Origin: a virus
Virus record (IMG/VR): IMGVR_UViG_3300025929_000015
Coordinates: 1 to 64,000 of that record
Length of the DNA: 64,000 bases
Direction: 5' to 3' (one strand)
Below, in pieces: positions 37,589-46,662 of the stretch (the first letter of the stretch is position 1; each line of letters opens with the position of its first letter). Both the position numbers and the translations under genes were made by a program. The notes beneath the pieces were generated by a model. The model was not told the origin of the DNA. It worked only from the letters and a program-made list of their open reading frames with translations, and made no database searches.

Positions 37589-38518
37589 ATGAGATACACG
37601 CGATGGCCGGCCCTGCTGGCTGTCACTACCTCGGGCCTGCTGGCGTCCGCCCTGGCGGTCCCCTCCCCCGCGCACGCGCAGGTAAACACGCCGGTGACGG
37701 TCGCCACTGCGGTCGCGACCGACCCGGGCCTGCTGCCGGTGACGGCAGCGCTTGGTACGCTGACCGCAGCGGAGCCGGGACGTACCTCCGGCACGGCATC
37801 CACCCGGCAGGCCCCGGCTCCGCGGTCCTGGACCGTGCGGCCCGGTCAGACCCTGTCCGCGATCGCCGCCGCCGCGTACGGGAACGCGCAGCTATGGCCT
37901 GCCCTGTGGTGGGTGAACAAGGCGGCGGTGAAGAACCCGGACCTGATCCTGGCGGGCCAGGTGCTGCACCTGTCCGCGTGGCACCCGCAGGCCGCGTGGC
38001 TGTACCGGGCGGGCAAGGCCGCCGACGGCCCGCCCGGTGCGGGCCGCCAGGCGGTCCACCGGGCCATCCGGCGCGCGGTCCGGACCGGCGACGGCCGGAT
38101 CTGGGGCGTCACCTACGGGTACCCCAACTACTGCGGCGACGGCGACGGGGACGGCTGGGACGTGTCCTGCGGCCGCGCCGCCGCCCGGCATGCTGCCGGT
38201 GGCGCTGTAGCGCGCCCTGCGCGGCGCGCCGCCGTGACCTATGCCGGGTCCGGGGTCTACTCCTACGGGGCGCTGGAGGCGCTGTGGATCTCCGCCGGGG
38301 GGCCTGCCTGGGCAGCGTCCGCCGCGGCGGCCGTCGCCGAGTGCGAATCCGGCGGGCGGGTTGACGCCCACAACCCCTCGGGGGCGACCGGGCTGTGGCA
38401 GATCCTGGGCTCGGTTGTAGCCGGGAACCTGGACAACCCGTACGTCAACGCGCTCAACGCCGTGGCCAAGTTCAAGGCCAGCGGTGACTCCTGGGCGCAA
38501 TGGGTCTGCAAGCCGTGA
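37589..38518 (+). CDS. Secreted LysM plus lytic transglycosylase (Rpf/SLT-like) protein
   Basis: Signal peptide (AHA); WTVRPGQTLSAIA...NPDLILAGQVL (LysM); CESGG...ATGLWQI. Confidence 0.88.
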   Translation: MRYTRWPALLAVTTSGLLASALAVPSPAHAQVNTPVTVATAVATDPGLLPVTAALGTLTAAEPGRTSGTASTRQAPAPRSWTVRPGQTLSAIAAAAYGNAQLWPALWWVNKAAVKNPDLILAGQVLHLSAWHPQAAWLYRAGKAADGPPGAGRQAVHRAIRRAVRTGDGRIWGVTYGYPNYCGDGDGDGWDVSCGRAAARHAAGGAVARPARRAAVTYAGSGVYSYGALEALWISAGGPAWAASAAAAVAECESGGRVDAHNPSGATGLWQILGSVVAGNLDNPYVNALNAVAKFKASGDSWAQWVCKP

Positions 38519-38967
38519 GGGCCCGCGTGCTGCCCGTGCTGGGCGTGCTGGCGTGCTTCGTGATCGCGCTGCTCGCCGTCACTGCGCGGCCGGCGGCCGC
38601 GTCAGAGTCGCTGGGCAACCGGATGCTGGACTGGGCCGAGGCCCACGCCTACGGGCACTGGTACGGCTGGGGCGGCACCGGACCGGCCGTCTTCGACTGC
38701 TCGGGACTGGTCTTCGCGGCCGCCCGGGCAGATGGGGTCGCCCTGCCGCGGACCACGTACGGCATGCTGGCCGGCTCCTCTCACCTGTACCGCATCCCCC
38801 TGTCGCAGGCGCGGCGGGGGGATCTCCTTTTTTACGGGTCCGGCCACGTCGAGTTCGACACCGCCTGGTACCACACCAGCTTCGGCGCGCACGCCAGCGG
38901 CCAGCGGGTGGGGTGGATCCAGTGGTCGTCCGGGTGGGCGCCGACGATGGCGATGCGGCTCCGCTAG
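38515..38967 (+). CDS. Secreted NlpC/P60 peptidoglycan endopeptidase
   Basis: Y.WGGTGP..FDCSGLV, LPRTT and GDLLFY..GHV motifs. Confidence 0.9.
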   Translation: MRARVLPVLGVLACFVIALLAVTARPAAASESLGNRMLDWAEAHAYGHWYGWGGTGPAVFDCSGLVFAAARADGVALPRTTYGMLAGSSHLYRIPLSQARRGDLLFYGSGHVEFDTAWYHTSFGAHASGQRVGWIQWSSGWAPTMAMRLR

Positions 38968-38980
38968 CGAAAGGATCACC

Positions 38981-40255
38981 ATGACCAAGTTCCGCGCCGC
39001 GGCGATCATCGCGGCGATCACGCTGCTCGCGCCGGCCGGCGCGGCGGCCATAACGGGCCCCGCCCTGGCGGGCGCCCCGTACTCGTGCGACACCACGTCC
39101 CTGTCCGGGTCGTGCGGACCCTACACGTCCAACCCGGCCGTCCAGCTGGGCACCGCCGAGACGGCTAACGTCGTGCAGGACGCCTGGAACGCCGGGTACT
39201 CCGGCGGCACGATCAACAGCCAGGAGCTGCTGGCCAACAGCACTTCGGACTGGCAGATCAAGGCGAACGTGACTGGCGACGGGGCCGTCATGACCGGGCC
39301 GGAGGCCCAGGTCACCCCGGAGAACTGGACCGGTACCACTAACCTGCCGGTGCCGGTCGCGGACTACAGCTCCATCGCCAGCAGCTGGGACATCTCGATG
39401 CCCAGCCCGGGCGCGAGCGACGACTACGAGGCCGCCTACGACATCTGGCTGGCCGATGCTACCCAGCGGCAGTGGACCAATGACCAGGAGATCATGGTCT
39501 GGACGGACAACCACGGCCAGCAGCCGGCCGGCACCGACACCGGGAAGACCTGGACGGATGCCTCCACCGGCGCCGTCTACGAGATCTGGGTCCGCACCGG
39601 CACGTCCACGCTCGGACCTGATTCCACCGTGTCGTTCGCGGCGAAGGCCAACAGCGTCACCGGCAGTGTGGACCTGCTCGCCCTGTTCAGGTTCCTGCAG
39701 GCCAACGGCTACTCCACCGGGTCCGTGGGCATCGACCAGGTCAACTTCGGTTTCGAGCTGTGCAACACCAGCGGGCAGGCCGAGGACTTCACGGTCAATA
39801 ACTTCACGCTCACCGCGGCCGGTGACGGGCTGAACGGCGCCCCGGGCGGCGGCACCGGCGGAGGTGGCGGAGGTGGCGGCGGAGGCGGCGGCTCTGCGCA
39901 GGCCCCGGTGGTCACCACGGGCGCTGCCAGCGGGGTGACCAGCTCGGCGGCGACGCTGGCCGGGTCGGTCAACCCGGAGGGCGCGGATACGTCCTACCGG
40001 TTCGACTACGGGACCACCAGCTCCTACGGCAGCTCCACCGCAGCCGTCGATGCGGGCAGCGGCACCGCCGCGGTGGCGGTGTCCGCGAAACTGGCCGGAC
40101 TGCTCCCGTCCGCCACCTACCACTACCGGCTGGAGGCCACCAGCGCGAACGGGACCAGCGACGGCGCGGACCGGGTGTTCACCACGGCCCGCAAGCACCG
40201 GCACGCGGCCCGGGCCCGGGTGCGCCCGGCGGGTCCGCCGTGGTTCCGCTGGTAA
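38981..40255 (+). CDS. Secreted GH12 endoglucanase-like protein with FN3-like domain
   Basis: YEAAYDIWL, EIMVW and VNFGFEL motifs; poly-Gly linker; GLLPSATYHYRL. Confidence 0.85.
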   Translation: MTKFRAAAIIAAITLLAPAGAAAITGPALAGAPYSCDTTSLSGSCGPYTSNPAVQLGTAETANVVQDAWNAGYSGGTINSQELLANSTSDWQIKANVTGDGAVMTGPEAQVTPENWTGTTNLPVPVADYSSIASSWDISMPSPGASDDYEAAYDIWLADATQRQWTNDQEIMVWTDNHGQQPAGTDTGKTWTDASTGAVYEIWVRTGTSTLGPDSTVSFAAKANSVTGSVDLLALFRFLQANGYSTGSVGIDQVNFGFELCNTSGQAEDFTVNNFTLTAAGDGLNGAPGGGTGGGGGGGGGGGGSAQAPVVTTGAASGVTSSAATLAGSVNPEGADTSYRFDYGTTSSYGSSTAAVDAGSGTAAVAVSAKLAGLLPSATYHYRLEATSANGTSDGADRVFTTARKHRHAARARVRPAGPPWFRW

Positions 40256-40322
40256 CCTGGAGCTGACACAATCAGCGTCCGGTTTGCCGGGCCTGGTGTG
40301 ACGTTTCAGGTGATGACAGCCA

Positions 40323-40361
40323 GCACAGCCCCGGGCACCCGTCCATTGCCCGGGGCTGTGC
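40323..40361. terminator. Hairpin between convergent transcription units
   Basis: gcacagccccgggca...tgcccggggctgtgc, 15-bp stem. Confidence 0.65.
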
Positions 40362-40366
40362 CATCC

Positions 40367-40426
40367 GGGGCCGGCCGCCGGCACTATGGGCCGGTTCCCC
40401 GGCCGTAGCCATTCTGGGCCGGCCTC
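40367..40426 (-). ncRNA. Dual-spacer stem-loop unit D
   Basis: ggggccgg-ccgc-cggcacta-tgg-gccggttccccgg-ccgt-agccattc-tgg-gccggcctc. Confidence 0.75.
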
Positions 40427-40597
40427 ACCGACGGGGCGGGCGGGCTTTCTCCTGGAACTCGACCCGGTCGACGCGACGCTGGGGGGCGGGCGACAGCCAG
40501 GTCTGCATCGCCACTTCCAGGTCGACCCACTCGCCCTTGACCCCGTCGTCGTAGACGAACCGGACCTCGATCCGGCTGGCGGGCAGGCTCATGGCCA

Positions 40598-41710
40598 TCA
40601 GATGATGTCCTGGAGCAGCGCGATCATCTCGGCGTTGGTGCCTTTCCAGTCCTGGCCGCACATCAGCCCGAATCCTTCCCGGTTCCCGTCCGGGGCCTTG
40701 AGCACGCCGGTGCCGGGCTCGGTGCCGCGGACCGTCTGGGCGGACAGCGACCACCAGCACCAGCTGACCCCGCGGGCGCCGGCCCAGGCCAGGAAGTTCG
40801 CCATCCAGCCGCTGGTCATCGCCGCGCGGCTGGCCAGGTCCTGGCCGAACTCCCCGACCCAGACCGGCGCGGTCCCGGACAGCCGCAGGTAGCCGCCCTG
40901 GCGGTCCATCTGGTCGAAGTAGGCGGACGTCGCCTGCCCGCCCGGGTGGAACCAGGAGTAGTCGTGCAGGGACGCGACCACCCCGGGACCGGTGACCGGG
41001 TGCGCGGCCCAGCCGGTCAGGTCGGTGGCGTAGGACAGGCCCTCGCAGAACACCAGGCAGCCGGGGGCGGTGAACCGGATCCGGTCGGCGGTGGCCTGGT
41101 ACATCCGCCGGAAGTCGGTGGCGGGGTTGCCGTCTCCCCAGGTCGGGTGCACGGTGACCCCGCCGATCACCGCGCTGCGCGGCTCGTTGCGCAGGTCGTA
41201 GCCGACCCGCGGGTTGGCGCCGAACGCGGCGGCGACCGTGTCCCAGCAGGCGGTGAACACCGCGGCGGGCCAGTTGTCGTTATGCCACAAGCCGTTGACG
41301 TCGGCGTCGCTGCAGCACCAGCCCGGGTAGGACAGGTGGTTGTTGACGATGACGTACAGCCCGGCGGCGGTCATGTCGGCGACCAGCGCCTGCATCAGCT
41401 GCCACGGGGTCAGCCCGGCCAGGTCGGGGTTGGCCGCGACGCGGGCCAGCGGGACCGGGCTGGTGAACGGGGTGCCGTCGCGGTTGAGCAGGGTGCCGGT
41501 GGCGAACGGGAACCGGACGTGATTCATCCCCCAGCTCACGATCCGGCCGATGATCTCACTGCGCGGCAGCTTGTCCAGGCCCGCGGCGACACGGTTGTCC
41601 TGGTGCGCGCCGGGCCAGTTCACTCCGCACAGCCGGTACGGCTGCCCGTCGGCGCCGGTGATGGCGGCGCCGGAGACGGCCAGCGGGAACGCGCTCGCGG
41701 GGATGATCAT
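40598..41710 (-). CDS. GH5 glycoside hydrolase (cellulase-like)
   Basis: GVNWPG, NHVRFP, YDLRNEP (acid/base), SLHDY and WVGEFG (nucleophile). Confidence 0.9.
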   Translation of the reverse strand: MIIPASAFPLAVSGAAITGADGQPYRLCGVNWPGAHQDNRVAAGLDKLPRSEIIGRIVSWGMNHVRFPFATGTLLNRDGTPFTSPVPLARVAANPDLAGLTPWQLMQALVADMTAAGLYVIVNNHLSYPGWCCSDADVNGLWHNDNWPAAVFTACWDTVAAAFGANPRVGYDLRNEPRSAVIGGVTVHPTWGDGNPATDFRRMYQATADRIRFTAPGCLVFCEGLSYATDLTGWAAHPVTGPGVVASLHDYSWFHPGGQATSAYFDQMDRQGGYLRLSGTAPVWVGEFGQDLASRAAMTSGWMANFLAWAGARGVSWCWWSLSAQTVRGTEPGTGVLKAPDGNREGFGLMCGQDWKGTNAEMIALLQDII

Positions 41711-41958
41711 GACTCCTCCGTCTGCGCCGCCAGCCGCCGGGAGACGCCGCACGGCCCGGCGGCTGCCGGCTCGCTTATCGTATCACGCTGTCCAAGTGTC
41801 ACTGCACGATCCTCGCGCCGCACCGGCGGCACCGCCACACCTCGTAGGTGACCCCGCTCTTGGTCACCGTGCCGACTTTGGCCAGCTTCCTGCGCGGGTG
41901 CGGGCATTCTTCCTGCGCGGGCGGGGGCTTTTTCTTCTTCGGCATCAGCGTTCCTGCG

Positions 41959-42480
41959 CTAGGGGATGCGGACCAAGGTGGCGGTGCCGCAGCCGCCGCG
42001 GACCGGCGCGGTGATCGCGGTGACCGAACCGGTCAGGCTGCTGTACCGCACGCAGATGGTGAAGCTGCGCACCGGGCCGGGCGGGCCGGTGCGGCCGGGT
42101 GCCCCGGCCGGGCCGGGCAGCCCGCGCGCGACCAGCCCGCCGTTCGCGGCGGCCAGCAGGCCCGCGACCGCGCCGGCCAGCAGCAGTGTCACCACGACCA
42201 GCGCGGTCACCGCGACCGTGGCGTAAGAGTTCCGCGGTGGCAGCCGGTAGCGCGGCTCGTCGTCGTCGTCATAGGCGGCGGGCAGCAGGGCGTGCAGCCC
42301 GGACGGGGGAGTGGTGTCCATGGCGACCGTGTTCTCGGCAGGGGGGTCTTTCTTCATCCGGTCCAGGATGCGGACCACGGTGGCCTGGCTGGTCTGGACT
42401 TCCCCGGCGATCCGCCGGGTGGACCAGCCCAAGCGATGGTAAGACCAGACCAGGCCGTCAATGGGTGTCGGTGATGTCAC
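41959..42480 (-). CDS. HTH plus TM plus short collagen-like protein
   Basis: GWSTRRIA...SQATVVRIL; TM helix; GPAGAPGRTGPPGP. Confidence 0.55.
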   Translation of the reverse strand: MTSPTPIDGLVWSYHRLGWSTRRIAGEVQTSQATVVRILDRMKKDPPAENTVAMDTTPPSGLHALLPAAYDDDDEPRYRLPPRNSYATVAVTALVVVTLLLAGAVAGLLAAANGGLVARGLPGPAGAPGRTGPPGPVRSFTICVRYSSLTGSVTAITAPVRGGCGTATLVRIP

Positions 42481-42482
42481 GT

Positions 42483-42968
42483 TCAGCCTCCGGGCTGATC
42501 GTCCCCCGCGAGGCCGGGCGCGCCGCTAGCTCCATGGTGTCCGTCATCGCCTTGGGCGCGCCCGGCCCCGGTATCGGCGTAGAGGTCCTCCACGCCGATC
42601 ATGGCCCGGCCGCGCCGGGTCAGCTCCGTATTGAGGGTATCGATGAGGATCCGCAAGGTGGAGATCTTGGGGCGGAGCCGGTCCCCGTTCTCGATCTTGG
42701 CGATGGCGTCGCGGGAGATCCCGACGTGCCGGGGGAGCGCCACGCCCGCGTCGTGCAGCGTGGCGGTCAGCTGGGCTTCGCTCATCGTGGCGGAGCCGCC
42801 GATGTCGTTGGCGGCGGCGAGCTGGCGCAGCTCGGTGAGGCGGGTGAGCGCGGACAGGTCGATGCGCTCGAGCAGGGCCGCCTCACGCAGCGCCTTCAGC
42901 TTGTGCCGGTCGATGGCGATGCCGATGCCGGGCCGCCGGACGGGGGGTGCGGGGGGGGAGCGCTTCAT
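42483..42968 (-). CDS. XRE-type HTH regulator with an insertion
   Basis: KLKALRE...(insert)...VGISRDAIAKIENG..RPKISTL. Confidence 0.65.
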   Translation of the reverse strand: MKRSPPAPPVRRPGIGIAIDRHKLKALREAALLERIDLSALTRLTELRQLAAANDIGGSATMSEAQLTATLHDAGVALPRHVGISRDAIAKIENGDRLRPKISTLRILIDTLNTELTRRGRAMIGVEDLYADTGAGRAQGDDGHHGASGAPGLAGDDQPGG

Positions 42969-43070
42969 AGAAGTCCATGATACCGAATAGGACGGCATGA
43001 GCACCCGCCAGTGCAGTTGCCACCGTCTCAGACGCAGTGATACACTAAAAGCTCCTCTGTTCCAGGAGGG

Positions 43071-43337
43071 ATGATGAGCACCCTGACCCTGACCCCCATG
43101 CTGAAGTTCCGCGTGCAGGTGGCGCTGCGCCAGAAGCGGATCCGCCGCGCCGACTACACGTCCGCCATGCTCGCCTTCACCCTGACCGACGGGACCGTGC
43201 TGAAACTGACCAGCGAACCCGAGGTCCTCATCGCGCTGCGCTGCCTGACCTCCGCCGCCCACGCGGGCATGACCCCGTTCGAGGCCCGCGCGGCCGAGCG
43301 GTCCGCCACCGCCGAGGCCGGCCCGGCGGCGACATGA
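43071..43337 (+). CDS. Hypothetical protein, divergent from the XRE gene
   Basis: RBS AGGAGG; TACACT -10 upstream. Confidence 0.6.
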   Translation: MMSTLTLTPMLKFRVQVALRQKRIRRADYTSAMLAFTLTDGTVLKLTSEPEVLIALRCLTSAAHAGMTPFEARAAERSATAEAGPAAT

Positions 43338-43742
43338 CCGCGCCGAAGACGCCGCCCCCGCCCAGCATGCCCACGGAATCTCCCAAAGTTCCTACGGCGG
43401 GGGCGGGCGGGCCGCGGCTGCCCACGTTCGGCAAGCTGCCCCGCCCGTTCGAGCCGAACCTGACCGCGGCGCACGCCCCGGCGCACTGCCTGTGCACCTG
43501 GACCTGGACCCCGGCGCTCGGCGGGCCGGACCGGCCGTTCGCGATGAAGTTCAGGAACAGGGCCTGCCCGGTCCGGCACTAGCTGGGGAACCGGCGGGTG
43601 ACGTGTCCTTCCCCGCCGCATTCGGTGCACCGGGCCTTGACCCCCCATTTGGTGGGATGCGGCACCCACCCTCTATCGCACCGGGCCGGGCAGCGGATCA
43701 CCCGGGTCACGCCCTTTTTCGCCCTGGCCATCCCTCAGTGTA

Positions 43743-44060
43743 TCATGGCGTATCTGGCTGCCAGATCTCGACGCTGCCGTCCTCCCGCAGCAAGATGGGC
43801 CCGGCCGGCCACACCGCATGCTGGACCGGGACCAGCGCCGGGTCGGCGGAGCGCAGCACCACCCAGCCCTGCGCGCCGGCCTGCTCCGGGTGGGCGTGGC
43901 ACCAGCGGTGGCAGGACGCGCACAGCGTCACCCGGTTCGCCGCCGACTCATCACTGCCGCCCGACCGCGGCATCCGGTGGTGGATGTGCAGGTCCGCGGT
44001 GCTGGCACAGCGGGCGCACTTGAACCCGTCCCGTTCCCGGATTTCCGCGTCGGTCAGCAT
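43743..44060 (-). CDS. HNH endonuclease
   Basis: RDGFKCARC...HHRMPRS.GG...N..TLCASCH. Confidence 0.85.
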   Translation of the reverse strand: MLTDAEIRERDGFKCARCASTADLHIHHRMPRSGGSDESAANRVTLCASCHRWCHAHPEQAGAQGWVVLRSADPALVPVQHAVWPAGPILLREDGSVEIWQPDTP

Positions 44061-44443
44061 TCCGCGCTACCGCCGGATCCCGCCCGCAGGACCCTGGCCC
44101 GCGCCTTGGCGAACGCAGCCGACACAACCTCCCATGTCCGGTCCGTGTCCTTCGTCAGGTGCTGGATGGCGCAGATCCCGGCCGACACGGTGTCGCCCAG
44201 CTCGCCGAGCAGCTCGTCCAGCGTGCCGCAGGCGCCCTTGCGGAGGTTCTCCCCGGTGTACTTGCTGAGGGCAGCCCAGACCTCTCCGGATTCCTCGCAG
44301 ACCTTCGTGACCCTCGCCCAGTCTGCGGCGAGCGGCTGAGCCAGGAACTCCGGTGCGGCGTTCGCGTCAAGGTGCGCATCCACGATCTCGGCGACCTCGA
44401 GCAGGCCGGCCAGCGTCATGGCGGCGGTCTCGGTGGCGCTCAC
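44054..44443 (-). CDS. MazG-like NTP pyrophosphatase
   Basis: KVCEESGEV...ELGD motifs. Confidence 0.8.
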   Translation of the reverse strand: MSATETAAMTLAGLLEVAEIVDAHLDANAAPEFLAQPLAADWARVTKVCEESGEVWAALSKYTGENLRKGACGTLDELLGELGDTVSAGICAIQHLTKDTDRTWEVVSAAFAKARARVLRAGSGGSAEC

Positions 44444-44463
44444 TAGTTCGTTCCCTCCTGGAG

Positions 44464-44823
44464 TCAGCACTCATATCTCCGCACCGGGATCCCCGCCTGC
44501 CGGGCCGCCTGCGCGCAGTGCGACGCGCCGCGCGAGCCGTCCCGGATGAACGCCAGGCACACATCCGCACCTAGCTTCACCATCAGGCTGTTACGGCGGA
44601 ACCCGGCACCTCGTCCGGTAGCCCAGTCGGCGGGATGCCGTTCCACCGTCCAGCCCATCCGGCGGCCGATGCGGTCCGCGATCTCATCCGCACCGCGCGG
44701 GCAGGCGCCGTGCGCGATGACGAACTCCTCCCCCGGCGCGGTCACCGCGAACGCCTCACGCAGCGCGGTGCGGATCACCGCCTCGTCGTCCCAGGTCCGC
44801 GACCCGGTCACCAGTACTCTCAC
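44464..44823 (-). CDS. SLOG-family protein (DUF2493/YspA-like)
   Basis: RVLVTGSR.W, HGAC.RGAD and AGFRRN..M motifs. Confidence 0.85.
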   Translation of the reverse strand: MRVLVTGSRTWDDEAVIRTALREAFAVTAPGEEFVIAHGACPRGADEIADRIGRRMGWTVERHPADWATGRGAGFRRNSLMVKLGADVCLAFIRDGSRGASHCAQAARQAGIPVRRYEC

Positions 44824-45051
44824 CGCCGCGGCCAGCCGCACGACCGCGGATCCCACCAGCAGGTCCATTCCTGCCCGCACACCGCGCAGCGGTACCCGGC
44901 GCGCACGCTGCCCCGGTCGTCACTGACGCGGTACGGGTAGGTGGCCGGGTAGTCGCCGGGGAAGTGCTCCTGGCAGGCGTCTCCCAGCCCGGCCAGCAGC
45001 GCATCCAGCCGGTTGTTGCCGTAGGCGAAGCCCGCCGGGGCGGGCATCTGG

Positions 45052-46662
45052 TCAGTCATCGCGTCCTCCGTACAGGGTGCGGTCCCAGGTCTGGTGGCCG
45101 TTCACGGCATCTTTGACTACCCAGGGGAAATCGGACGGACGGGTGCCCCAGGTCAGCTCCCGCGGCCAGTCGTACTCATCCCGCGGCCCGCGCCACGCAT
45201 CCACCCGTACGTCCCGTTTCTTCGCCGGGTCCGGCTTGAAGATGCCGTAACCGAAATCAGGCCATCCCATGAACAAGCTCGAACCGCGGGGGCGCAACGT
45301 CCGCGGCGTGCCGTGCGGCGAATGCGCCTCCACGATCAGCGCCGGCTCGCAGATCTCCAGCGCCAGGTCCAGCACGTGCACGATAGCGCGGGCGGCCAGC
45401 TCCTCATTCGCGTCGATGGCGTGCAGCTTGTACAGCGGCCCGACCACCAGCAGGTCCGGCCGGTAGGCGCTGACCCGCTCGAAGACGAACTCGGCGTCCT
45501 CGCCGGACAGCAGGTTCATCCCGCCGGGACGGTGCACGATCCGGAACCCGCCCGGGGGCAGCGGGCGGTGCTGCAGCTCGCACGCCCGGACCAGCTCGCG
45601 GAACTTGCGCCGGGACCGCTTCACCCGGTTCTCGCAGTCCAGGAACAGCACCCGCTGCGGCGGCAGGTGGTTGAGCTTGAACGGGTGCAGGCCCGCCGCC
45701 GCGGCCACCGCGATCTGCCGGGTCACGGTCGTCTTGCCCAGCCCCTCCTCCCCGGTCCAGATCAGCCGGTCGCCCCGCTCGAGCAGGTCCTTGATCACCC
45801 AGTTGTCCGGGGGGTCGGGCTGGGTGACGAACGCCAGCAGGTCCATCGCCAGCTCCGGCTCGCGGTCGGCGTCCTGCTCGCTGGTCACCTCCAGCTCCGC
45901 CAGCGTGCGCCCCGCGCCCAGGTGGTCCGAGACGTCCTTGCCGACCGCGGGCTCGCGGATCTCCGCCGCCGCGGCCACCCCGTCCAGGCTCCGCGCGATC
46001 GCACGGGCGTGCTGGCGGCCGGGCTTGTCCGCGTCGGCGACGATCACCACGATCGCGTCACGCAGGCACTCGGAGTACTCCGGGCGCCACTTGCCCGCCC
46101 CGCCCGGGTTGCAGGTCGCCACCACCCCGGCGCGTTCCAGCGCGTGCACGTCCTTCTCGCCCTCGGCCACCCAGATCAGCTCGCCCGCGTCGATCGCGGG
46201 CCGCAGCCGGGGCAGCCGGTACAGCACCCGCCGGGTGTCCCCCAGCCGCCAGCGCCACCCGCTGGCCGCCAGCGGGTCCGGCACCCGGACCGGGAACTGC
46301 TTCTTGCCGCCAGGTGGGGGCGGCACCCGCAGCACCTGGTACAGCACCGTGCCCTGCTCGTCGGCGTAGGAGTACACCTCGGTGGCCGTCCCGTACGGCG
46401 TCCACAGCTCCCGGTCCGCCGGCGCCGCGGCGTCCCGGTCGGCGCTGATGTCGGCCAGCGTCAGCCCGACCGCGGCCAGCACGCCGGCCGTGTCGCAGCC
46501 GGCCCGGCAGATCATCACCACGGGCTGGTCCAGGCCGGGCTTGATGTCCAGGCTGGGGGTGGTGTCCTCGTGCGCCGGGCAGCGTGCCATCCAGTAGCCG
46601 TGCTGCGGGCGCACGTCCTCCAGCCGCTGCAGCACACGGTCCAGGATCTCCTGGCCCTCCAT
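45052..46662 (-). CDS. Primase-helicase (Zn finger, TOPRIM, RepA/AAA_25)
   Basis: CPAHED; AEGEKD and DADKPG (TOPRIM); GEEGLGKT Walker A. Confidence 0.9.
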   Translation of the reverse strand: MEGQEILDRVLQRLEDVRPQHGYWMARCPAHEDTTPSLDIKPGLDQPVVMICRAGCDTAGVLAAVGLTLADISADRDAAAPADRELWTPYGTATEVYSYADEQGTVLYQVLRVPPPPGGKKQFPVRVPDPLAASGWRWRLGDTRRVLYRLPRLRPAIDAGELIWVAEGEKDVHALERAGVVATCNPGGAGKWRPEYSECLRDAIVVIVADADKPGRQHARAIARSLDGVAAAAEIREPAVGKDVSDHLGAGRTLAELEVTSEQDADREPELAMDLLAFVTQPDPPDNWVIKDLLERGDRLIWTGEEGLGKTTVTRQIAVAAAAGLHPFKLNHLPPQRVLFLDCENRVKRSRRKFRELVRACELQHRPLPPGGFRIVHRPGGMNLLSGEDAEFVFERVSAYRPDLLVVGPLYKLHAIDANEELAARAIVHVLDLALEICEPALIVEAHSPHGTPRTLRPRGSSLFMGWPDFGYGIFKPDPAKKRDVRVDAWRGPRDEYDWPRELTWGTRPSDFPWVVKDAVNGHQTWDRTLYGGRDD

